Assembly (NCBI GenBank): GCA_002746535.1 | Contig: NVWA01000008.1 | Location: 67,098-131,097, forward strand | Reading direction: 5' to 3' | Source of the DNA: Planctomycetota bacterium | GTDB lineage: Bacteria; Planctomycetota; GCA-2746535 | Length of the DNA stretch: 64,000 nt | Shown here: positions 9,536 to 17,678 of the stretch, piece after piece | Numbering within the stretch: position 1 is the first letter of the stretch | Layout of the letters: each line of letters begins with the position of its first letter | Made by a program: the position numbers and the translations under genes | The notes under the pieces: generated by a model | Told to the model about the DNA's origin: nothing | Databases searched by the model: none | Seen by the model: only the letters and a program-made list of their open reading frames with translations

Positions 9536-10441
9536 ATGAGATCTGAAACTAGACTATCGCAAGTATTAAAAAAATTCGATTATTCAGATAAAAGAAAAAA
9601 TAGTGATCAATTAGAATTTGGTGAAAACAATGAGTTTACAGTTGAAATAGCGAATGATATTGAAACTAGAATTCAAGCTTACAGATTATTATATAAGACG
9701 TATGTTGAAAAAGAGTTTGCAAAACCACATTCATCAAAAATGTGGTATTCAATTTTTGATGCTCATCCAGACACCGCAACCATTGTAGTAAAAGAAGGTG
9801 ATAAAGTTCGTGGTGCATTGACAATTGTCATAGATTCTTCAATGGGTTTACCTGCAGATAGTCTTTATCTTGAAGAATTGAACTTAATGCGAATTAAGGG
9901 CGACTTAGTGTCTGAAATTATTTCTCTTGGAATTGATAGTGATGCAAGGGGTGGAACTGAAATATTAGAAAAGTTATTTAATTTTTCTTATTTATATGCT
10001 AAAGGAATATTTGGTGCATCAAAATTTATTATTACTGTAAATCCAAGACATGCTGTATTCTATGAAAAAAAATTATTGTTTCAAAGAGTAGGCTTTGTCA
10101 AAGATTATGATCGAGTTGGTGGTATGCCTGCAATATGTTTGGAATTAGATTTAATTATGTTAACTACCTTACTGGAAACTCCTGATCGAATAAGTGAGTT
10201 GAAGAGAACGATTTATTCTAATTTTATTAACGTAAAAGAATCGAAAAAAGTTCTTCATGCAATAGGAAGTTGTATTGTAAAAATGAAACATACTGAATTG
10301 CAATATTTCTTTGTCAATCAACGAAGCCTTTTTAAGCTATCACCAAAGTGGATGTTGGATGCATTGAAAAGTTATTATTGTCATTTAAATTTTGATCAAT
10401 TGTTTGTTGATGATCAATTGGAAATAATGGCTATTTGCTAA
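9536..10441 (+). CDS. FeeM-type long-chain N-acyl amino acid synthase (GNAT fold)
   Basis: AYRLLYKTY, GALTIVIDSSMGLPADSLY..EL..MR, ITVNPRHAVFY..LLF pattern of the FeeM/NAS family. Confidence 0.8.
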   Translation: MRSETRLSQVLKKFDYSDKRKNSDQLEFGENNEFTVEIANDIETRIQAYRLLYKTYVEKEFAKPHSSKMWYSIFDAHPDTATIVVKEGDKVRGALTIVIDSSMGLPADSLYLEELNLMRIKGDLVSEIISLGIDSDARGGTEILEKLFNFSYLYAKGIFGASKFIITVNPRHAVFYEKKLLFQRVGFVKDYDRVGGMPAICLELDLIMLTTLLETPDRISELKRTIYSNFINVKESKKVLHAIGSCIVKMKHTELQYFFVNQRSLFKLSPKWMLDALKSYYCHLNFDQLFVDDQLEIMAIC

Positions 10442-10656
10442 AATACAAGGAATCTTTCTGTATAAAAAAATTAAGAGTTCTTAAGCGGTCTTTATTTTAA
10501 ATTTAATTTCTGATAATTGGAATAAATTATTTCGTAATCTATTTACGCCTCGTAAAAGTATAGTCTTATAAATAAGAAATATTTTGCCTTAACTTGTTCC
10601 TTGTTATGTGTTTATATTGGGTTATGATTTTTTCAAATTGTTGAGGAGATTGTAAT

Positions 10657-11577
10657 ATGTATAAAGATACATTAGGCTTTAGGCAAGGGGAAGTGTACGA
10701 AGATTCTAGAATCAAATTAGGTGTTAATTTATGGTTGGAGAGAGTCTTTGGTTGGTATGGTGAAGAAAATCCTCCAGCAGACATTCAAATTATTGAAGGT
10801 CAATTGGCATTGACAAGTGAATCTGCTGATTATATATACTCTGACTTTACACCTTTAGAATTAAAATATGTAAAAGGCACTCGACCTTTTTTGGAAGAAG
10901 TTTTAAGTCAGATAATTAATGATGACATGAGCGATCATGAAAAGTTTTTAGCGATTATGCGTAGGTGTCGTGATAACCGTGACTATAAATCTGATAGTGT
11001 CGTGTTTGATGGTGGTAGTGAAGAAGAGTTAATAAAACGCGGTGCAATTATGTGTAATGAGATATCTAGAGTGTTTACAGCCTTGAGTCAAATGGCTGGT
11101 TTTCCTGCTAGGGTGATAGGTGTACATATTTCCGGCCATATGATGAGTGAGATTTATATCAACGGTAAATGGGCATTTGTAGACAGCATGAAGGGGATGT
11201 ACTGTTTTTTAGATAATGGTGACAGAGCTTCTTTCTGGGATTTAATGCAAGATCCTGGAATTGTCGATCGTCAAGAGGCTTCTGTTTGGGAAGATTGCCG
11301 TCCGATTGGTGGAATGGGAACAATCGATCAAAAGAAAGCTCAGATGCAAGCTCGACTGCGTGATTGTTATTTATATCCTAAGGAAGCGAGTTGTATTGGC
11401 AATTACTATTGTTGGGAGAGCGACAAGTTCAATTATAAATGGACGATTGCTGCCGCTGATAATGATCGTTTAGAACAAGCAAGAATTGCTGAAGCAAGGA
11501 ACCGAATTGATTTAGGTTATCCGCCACATTATAGTGTTCCGATTAGTTGGTCTGAGGATAGGCCTCGGATGAAGTAA
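10657..11577 (+). CDS. Transglutaminase-like cysteine protease domain protein
   Basis: Cys-His-Asp triad: MCNEISRVF, GHMMSEIY, GKWAFVD; GAGGAG RBS. Confidence 0.8.
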   Translation: MYKDTLGFRQGEVYEDSRIKLGVNLWLERVFGWYGEENPPADIQIIEGQLALTSESADYIYSDFTPLELKYVKGTRPFLEEVLSQIINDDMSDHEKFLAIMRRCRDNRDYKSDSVVFDGGSEEELIKRGAIMCNEISRVFTALSQMAGFPARVIGVHISGHMMSEIYINGKWAFVDSMKGMYCFLDNGDRASFWDLMQDPGIVDRQEASVWEDCRPIGGMGTIDQKKAQMQARLRDCYLYPKEASCIGNYYCWESDKFNYKWTIAAADNDRLEQARIAEARNRIDLGYPPHYSVPISWSEDRPRMK

Positions 11578-11600
11578 TTTTTAATTATCGTTGAGGCAAT

Positions 11601-11633
11601 GTAGTTGAGAGACAATGCATGCATTGTCTCTAC
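11601..11633 (-). repeat. GTAG-type REP-like palindrome between convergent genes
   Basis: Perfect 24-bp palindrome AGAGACAATGCATGCATTGTCTCT (11608-11631); the minus strand reads GTAGAGACAATGCATGCATTGTCTCT. Confidence 0.65.
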
Positions 11634-11644
11634 GAAAGTAATTA

Positions 11645-14014
11645 TTATTCGGAGGTTGATTCTTCGGTAGTTGCCGTTGTCGCGACTTCTTCTTTATTAT
11701 CTTCTGAGTCCTCGTCTTTTTCTTCTGGTTTTGGAAGTGGCTTAGTGTTTCTGCAAGCAGGAAATGCTGAGCAGCTTATAAAAGGTCCTCTTCTTCCCAT
11801 CCTAAGTACCATTTCTGCGCCACATTTTTCACAATCTTGACCAGATAAATCGATTTGAATGACTTCACCATTTTTATCGAGTGGCAATGTTGTTTTGCAA
11901 TCGGGGTAACTGCTACAGCCAGCAAATTTACCTCTTCGGCTTATTTTTAATATCATTGGCGCATCACATTTTTGACAATTTACGCCTAGTTCTTTACCTA
12001 TATCTTGTTCATCGGGATTTAAGCTTTTTGTGTTTTTACATTTTGGATAGCCGCTACAACCAAGGAATTTCCCTTTTTTACTCCATCGAATTACCATAGG
12101 TTCTTGGCATAATTCACAGACTTCATCGCCTTCTTGTTTATTTTTTTCTGAAGGCATATCTTCTGTGGCTTTCTCAAGGTCTTTTTCAAAATCTTTGTAG
12201 AAATCACCAATGACTGTTGGCCATTCATATTCTCCTTCAGCGATTTTATCTAAATTGCTTTCCATTTCAGCAGTGAAGCTTAACCCTAGAATACTTGGGA
12301 AAAACTCAACTAGTTTGTGGTTAACCAACATGCCAAGTTCTGATGCATGAAATTTACGAGTTTCAAGAGTTACATAACCTCTATCTTGAATTGTTGAAAG
12401 AATTGTAGCATAGGTAGCTGGTCTTCCAATTTCTTCTTTTTCAAGGAGACGTACTAAAGATGCTTCTGTGTATCTTGGTGGAGGCTGTGTGAAATGCTGT
12501 GTTGGTAGTAGTTCGTTTAAAATAAGTTGATCGTCAACATCAAACTCTGGAAGTAATTGATTTTTATCTTTTTTATCTTTGTCATCGCTTGGACTGTAGA
12601 TTTTCAAATAACCATCAAATAATACAATTCTACCCTGAGCCTTAAAGATACCTTTGCTGGCAGTAATCTCAGCATTTGTTATTGCGACTTTTGAAGGAGC
12701 CATTTGAGAGGCAATAAATCTTCGCCAAATTAAATTATATAACTTGAATTGATCTGGTGTTACTTGATCCTTAATGGCATCCGGAGTTATTAAACAATTT
12801 GTTGGTCTAATAGCTTCGTGAGCTTCTTGAGCATTTTTCTTGCTTTTAAAAACATTTGGAGTTTCTGGATAATATTTATCGGATAAATTTTTGACAATAT
12901 ATTCTTTGGCTGAATCTTTTGCTTCATCAGATAAATTAAAGGAATCTGTTCGCATGTAGGTAATTAAAGAAACACTACCTTCATTTTTTAGATCAACACC
13001 CTCATATAATTGCTGTGCAATTCTCATGGTGTTCTTTGCCGAATATCTTAATTGTGTGGAAGCTGCTTGTTGTAGCGTACTTGTAATAAATGGAGGAGAT
13101 GGTCGGTTGGTTTGTCCTTTTTTCTCAATGTTGGTCACGAGGTAAGGTTGATTTTCCAGCTGGCCAACGATTCCATTAACAGTTTCTTCATCATGTGCTT
13201 CAAAATCTTTATTGTCCCATGTGATCATCTGGGCTTCAAAATTTTCTGACTCTTGTGTTAGAGATACGTTGATAGCAATTTTCCAGTATTCTTCTTTTAT
13301 GAATTTGTTGATTTCATCTTCTCTTTCACAAACTACTCTTACCGCTACCGATTGTACTCGCCCTCCAGAAAGCCCTTTTGCAACTTTCTTCCATAATAGT
13401 GGACTTAATTTGTATCCCACAATTCTGTCTAAAATTCTTCTGGCCTGTTGTGCGTTAACAAGGTTATCATTTAATTTGTGGGCATTGGCAAACCCTTCTG
13501 CAATTCCTTTTTTGGTGATCTCAGTAAAAGTTACTCTAAAGGTATCTTCGGGGGCAAATTTTAAAGTTTCCTTTAAATGAAATGCAATGGCTTCCCCTTC
13601 ACGGTCAGGGTCAGGAGCTAGATATAATTTATCACATTTTTTTGCCTCTTGCTTTAAAGCTTTTATAACTTTTGATTTATCTCTGAGGGTAACATATTTT
13701 GGTTTGAAATTATCTTCAAGATCAACGCCTAGTTCTTTACCTGGTAAATCGCGTACATGTCCAAAGGATGCTTTAACAATAAAATCTTTACCTAAGAACT
13801 TGCTTATTGTTTTTATTTTCCCTGGAGACTCAACGATAACGAGAGATTTCCCTGTTGGCTTTTTAGCTCTAGGTTTTTTTGCGGCTGTCTTTTTTGTAGT
13901 GGTCTTTTTTGTAGTGGACTTTTTGGCCACTGCTTTTTTTGTAACCTTTTTCTTTGGTTTTTTTTCAGCTTCAGCTTCAGTTGACTTGGAATCATTTTTT
14001 GTTTCTTCAGACAT
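11645..14014 (-). CDS. topA: DNA topoisomerase I
   Basis: LVIVESPGK, DPDREGE, GRVQS, LITYMRTDS (catalytic Tyr), AHEAIRPT, three C4 zinc ribbons. Confidence 0.97.
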   Translation of the reverse strand: MSEETKNDSKSTEAEAEKKPKKKVTKKAVAKKSTTKKTTTKKTAAKKPRAKKPTGKSLVIVESPGKIKTISKFLGKDFIVKASFGHVRDLPGKELGVDLEDNFKPKYVTLRDKSKVIKALKQEAKKCDKLYLAPDPDREGEAIAFHLKETLKFAPEDTFRVTFTEITKKGIAEGFANAHKLNDNLVNAQQARRILDRIVGYKLSPLLWKKVAKGLSGGRVQSVAVRVVCEREDEINKFIKEEYWKIAINVSLTQESENFEAQMITWDNKDFEAHDEETVNGIVGQLENQPYLVTNIEKKGQTNRPSPPFITSTLQQAASTQLRYSAKNTMRIAQQLYEGVDLKNEGSVSLITYMRTDSFNLSDEAKDSAKEYIVKNLSDKYYPETPNVFKSKKNAQEAHEAIRPTNCLITPDAIKDQVTPDQFKLYNLIWRRFIASQMAPSKVAITNAEITASKGIFKAQGRIVLFDGYLKIYSPSDDKDKKDKNQLLPEFDVDDQLILNELLPTQHFTQPPPRYTEASLVRLLEKEEIGRPATYATILSTIQDRGYVTLETRKFHASELGMLVNHKLVEFFPSILGLSFTAEMESNLDKIAEGEYEWPTVIGDFYKDFEKDLEKATEDMPSEKNKQEGDEVCELCQEPMVIRWSKKGKFLGCSGYPKCKNTKSLNPDEQDIGKELGVNCQKCDAPMILKISRRGKFAGCSSYPDCKTTLPLDKNGEVIQIDLSGQDCEKCGAEMVLRMGRRGPFISCSAFPACRNTKPLPKPEEKDEDSEDNKEEVATTATTEESTSE

Positions 14015-14019
14015 GCTTT

Positions 14020-14589
14020 TTATTGCTCCAGCTTATATTTAAGTATTTTGTTTGTTAATCGATCTAATATTTCTTTTTTAGGGAAATTCTTCCCTGGACA
14101 TTCTGTGGCTTTTGTATCGCTGTGGAAAAGGATATTTTTAATAGGTATTTCATAAAGCTCTTGGAGTTCACGAACTAATTTAATTAATGAATTCTTTTGC
14201 TTTATCGTTGGGTTGCTTTTATTGAAGTTTCCAATTAGGCATAGCCCTAAGGCGTTTTTATTATAGAAATTGTCGACAGTTAAGGCGTGTGCCCCATCTT
14301 TTGCTTGTTTATACCGTGCTGTCATTTCGGTTTTTCCATCTTCTGTGTTAATTCCATTTCCAATAATAAAGTGATATCCAATGCCATCCCAATGTTTGAC
14401 TTCTTTATGATATCGATCAATGCTATTTAAAGTATCTTTGCCACGACCACTATGATGTATAACAATATAAGACCACCTATCTTTGAATTGGTAGTCATCT
14501 GCTATTTCTGGACCATTTAAACACTGCGAAAGTATCAAGAACGGCAGGAAAATTAACATCGCAAATAATAATTTAAACAAATATTTCAT
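14020..14589 (-). CDS. N-acetylmuramoyl-L-alanine amidase (Amidase_2/PGRP), exported
   Basis: IVIHHS, IGYHFII, GAHA, GLCLIGNF, FHSD..ATECPG; hydrophobic N-terminus. Confidence 0.88.
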   Translation of the reverse strand: MKYLFKLLFAMLIFLPFLILSQCLNGPEIADDYQFKDRWSYIVIHHSGRGKDTLNSIDRYHKEVKHWDGIGYHFIIGNGINTEDGKTEMTARYKQAKDGAHALTVDNFYNKNALGLCLIGNFNKSNPTIKQKNSLIKLVRELQELYEIPIKNILFHSDTKATECPGKNFPKKEILDRLTNKILKYKLEQ

Positions 14590-14661
14590 GGTTTATCGAT
14601 TTTATAGGGAGACTTCAAGTCGCCAGTGGATCATATTATCAAATAGAAAACATATTTTACC

Positions 14662-15681
14662 TTAAAATTCTGACTTTAAAGTTCTCTTCATTAATGATTG
14701 TACACCTTCTTGGGGGCTTTTATTTTCATACAACACACTGTATACCTCATTTGAAATGGGAAGTTCAACATTAAGTTCTTTTGAATATTCGTGAAGCACT
14801 TTTACTGTAAAGGCTCCTTCACAAACCTTGATAGTGTTCTTCATAATATCCTCATAGTTTTGACCTTCTCCAAGTAATTTCCCAAGTGAATAGTTACGTC
14901 CAAAAGGTGAAATGCAAGAAGTGATTAAATCGCCAATGCCTGCTAAACCAGAAAAGGTCTCTTTATGACCACCTAATTTTTCACCAAGTCTTGATATTTC
15001 TGCTAGACCCCTTGTCATTATTGAGGCTTTTGCATTGTCCCCGTATTGAAGTCCGTCATTTATGCCAGCTGTAATGCTAATAACATTTTTTAATGCGCCG
15101 GCAATTTCTACACCAATTAAGTCATTAGAAAGGTATGTTCTCATTGTTTTTGTATTGATTAATTCTTGTATTTTTTTGGCTTCCTTTTCATGATTGGAAG
15201 CTAAAACTATTGAAAATGGTTTTCCTTTGGCTAGTTCTTCTGCCTGAGCTGGGCCCGATAATGCCATCACACAAGCATCTGGCCATACATCTTGAATTAT
15301 TTGAGAAGGTCTATTTAAGGTTCCAATCTCTAATCCTTTTGCAAAAGAAATAATAATGGAGTTCGCTTTAGGTTTATTTAATTTTGAAAGCGTCTTTCTT
15401 ATATATTGTGTGGGTACACCGCAAAAAATAATAGAAATTTTATTATTAGTTAATAAGTCAAGATTACTAGTGAAGGTGATATTTTCAGAAAGTTTGATAC
15501 CAGGTAAATATAGATTATTTTCATGTTTTGATTGGCACTCTTTTACATTTATTTCATTATTTCCCCATATGCATATGGAACTGAAATTTTTGGAAAGGCA
15601 ATTAGCCATGGCACATGACATGGCACCATTTCCAATAAATACGGCATTATGTTTTTGAGACAATTTTTGATTCCTCTCCAT
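14662..15681 (-). CDS. gpsA: NAD(P)H-dependent glycerol-3-phosphate dehydrogenase
   Basis: GNGAM, LSGP, GVEIAGALKNVI, GLAGIGDLITSC...RN. Confidence 0.93.
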   Translation of the reverse strand: MERNQKLSQKHNAVFIGNGAMSCAMANCLSKNFSSICIWGNNEINVKECQSKHENNLYLPGIKLSENITFTSNLDLLTNNKISIIFCGVPTQYIRKTLSKLNKPKANSIIISFAKGLEIGTLNRPSQIIQDVWPDACVMALSGPAQAEELAKGKPFSIVLASNHEKEAKKIQELINTKTMRTYLSNDLIGVEIAGALKNVISITAGINDGLQYGDNAKASIMTRGLAEISRLGEKLGGHKETFSGLAGIGDLITSCISPFGRNYSLGKLLGEGQNYEDIMKNTIKVCEGAFTVKVLHEYSKELNVELPISNEVYSVLYENKSPQEGVQSLMKRTLKSEF

Positions 15682-16276
15682 TTATTAATCTTTTAATATT
15701 ATCTTTATGCCTAAGTAGAACTAAAAGCCAAATAATAGTAGCATAGATTATTAAGAATAATTGATCTTTCCAATGTGTATAGGGATCGAAAATAATACAT
15801 AAAACGACCACAAATGTAGAAATCATGGATCCCAAAGACACATATTTGCTGATTTTAACCACGATTAAATAGGCTGCAATACCTACGAGCAGAGGGATGG
15901 GAGCTAAACATGACATGGCACCAGCACTTGTCGCAACCCCTTTGCCTCCTTTAAATTTTAAGAAAATCGTCCAGTTGTGGCCGGCAATAGCTGACATACC
16001 TGCGATTATGGGATAAACGTCCTGTTGAATCCCTCCAGCTTTTTCAAAATATTGTTGTGTCAGATAAACACAAATACCGCCTTTAAAAGCATCCACAAAG
16101 AGTGTAATGATTTTCCATTTTGTTCCTAGAGCTCTTCCAACATTGGTGGCACCAATATTTCCACTACCAACTTCTCTTATATCAATGCCTTTTGATTTAC
16201 ATACTAGATAGCCAACAGGAATTGATCCGATCATATAAGAAGAAAGGATAATTATGGCAATTTCTACTGGAAGCAT
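15647..16276 (-). CDS. plsY: Glycerol-3-phosphate acyltransferase
   Basis: GSGNIGATNVGR, GHNW..FLKFKGGKGVAT, RHKDNIKRL. Confidence 0.96.
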   Translation of the reverse strand: MLPVEIAIIILSSYMIGSIPVGYLVCKSKGIDIREVGSGNIGATNVGRALGTKWKIITLFVDAFKGGICVYLTQQYFEKAGGIQQDVYPIIAGMSAIAGHNWTIFLKFKGGKGVATSAGAMSCLAPIPLLVGIAAYLIVVKISKYVSLGSMISTFVVVLCIIFDPYTHWKDQLFLIIYATIIWLLVLLRHKDNIKRLINGEESKIVSKT

Positions 16277-16434
16277 TTTATTTGACTCATTTATGTACTT
16301 TTTGATGTCTTAGCATAATTTTTGATATTGATATTTTCTCGATTTTAATAGAATTAATCCGTTTATTTACTAAAAAATTTTAATTCGTTAAAAAAATAAT
16401 CTTTAGCTAAATTTGTTCCGGAAGGAAAGTGTGA

Positions 16435-17676
16435 ATGTCTAGAAAAGTTGTTGTTACTGGTATGGGGGTTATGTCCTGCATAAGTTTTGATGTTGATCAA
16501 TTTTGGGAAAAATTATTAAATGGAGTTTCCGGTGTCAAAATGATCTCGCGATTTGAGACAGATGGCTTGGCGACTCGATTCGCTGGAGAAATAATGGACT
16601 TTGATCCGGCTGACTTTATGGACAAAAAACAAAGTAATCGAATGGATTTATTTGATCAATATGCCATGGCTGCTGCACAGTGTGCTATAAGAATGTCAGG
16701 TTTAGATGATGAGAAATTACCGGAAGAATTAAGAGAAAATACCGCAGTGATAGTTGGTAGTGGCATGGGTGGCATGAAAACTTATTATGATAACTGTATT
16801 CGGTTTTTTGAAAAAGGTGCAAAGAAAGTTAAGCCAACCTTTATTCCAGGTGTGTTGACCGATATGGCAAGCGGCAGAATTGCTACCCGTTATGGGTTTA
16901 TGGGTATGAATTATTCTATAAGTAGTGCATGCGCTACAGGTAGTCATACTATAATGACAGCTTTTGATGCCATAAAATTAGGTAGGTGTGATATAGCCAT
17001 TGCAGGTGGTGCCGAAAGTGGTGTTAATCCAATTGGTATTGCTGGGTTCAATGCTTGTAAAGCATTGTCTGTTGATAATGAAAATTTCTCAACGGCGTCT
17101 AAACCCTTTGATGTAAATCGAGCAGGATTTATTATTGGTGAAGGAGCAGGTATTCTTGTCTTGGAATCAGAAGAATCTGCTAAAAAAAGAGGTGCTACTA
17201 TTTATGGTGAATTAGTTGGTGCAGGTGCTAGCTGTGATGCTTATGATGATGTCAAACCTAGAGTTGATGCTAAAGGTGTAGAGTTATCAATGAAGCGTGC
17301 CTTAAAGAGTGCTGAATTGGATGCCAGTGAGCTTTCATATATTAATACTCATGGGACAAGTACACCAGCTGGCGATGTGGTTGAGTGTCAAGGGGTTGCT
17401 AGGGTTTTGGGAGCTGCTAAAGATAATGTTATCATCAATTCAACTAAGTCGCTAATTGGTCACACTCTTGGAGCTGCTGGTGGTATTGAGGCTATTGTTG
17501 CTTTAAAATCTTTAATAGACCAAAAGGTACATGTCTCTGCTAATATAAAAGAAGTAGCTCCAGAAATAGAATTGTCTGTTGCACTTGAAACTCAAGATCG
17601 AAAAATGGATTATGCCTTATCAAATTCTTTTGGTTTTGGTGGGCATAACTGTTCGTTAATATTCAAAAAAGTTTAA
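16435..17676 (+). CDS. fabF: 3-oxoacyl-ACP synthase II
   Basis: VVVTGMG, SACATG, INTHGTST, KSLIGH.LGAAG, NSFGFGGHN. Confidence 0.95.
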   Translation: MSRKVVVTGMGVMSCISFDVDQFWEKLLNGVSGVKMISRFETDGLATRFAGEIMDFDPADFMDKKQSNRMDLFDQYAMAAAQCAIRMSGLDDEKLPEELRENTAVIVGSGMGGMKTYYDNCIRFFEKGAKKVKPTFIPGVLTDMASGRIATRYGFMGMNYSISSACATGSHTIMTAFDAIKLGRCDIAIAGGAESGVNPIGIAGFNACKALSVDNENFSTASKPFDVNRAGFIIGEGAGILVLESEESAKKRGATIYGELVGAGASCDAYDDVKPRVDAKGVELSMKRALKSAELDASELSYINTHGTSTPAGDVVECQGVARVLGAAKDNVIINSTKSLIGHTLGAAGGIEAIVALKSLIDQKVHVSANIKEVAPEIELSVALETQDRKMDYALSNSFGFGGHNCSLIFKKV

Positions 17677-17678
17677 AA

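Noticed and set aside
13587-14042. 151-aa plus-strand ORF and similar antisense ORFs (21382-21930, 22525-23037, 33546-33911, 37527-37997)
   Set aside because: Shadows of well-supported genes on the opposite strand; Ser/Phe-rich mirror of Lys/Glu codons, no motifs.
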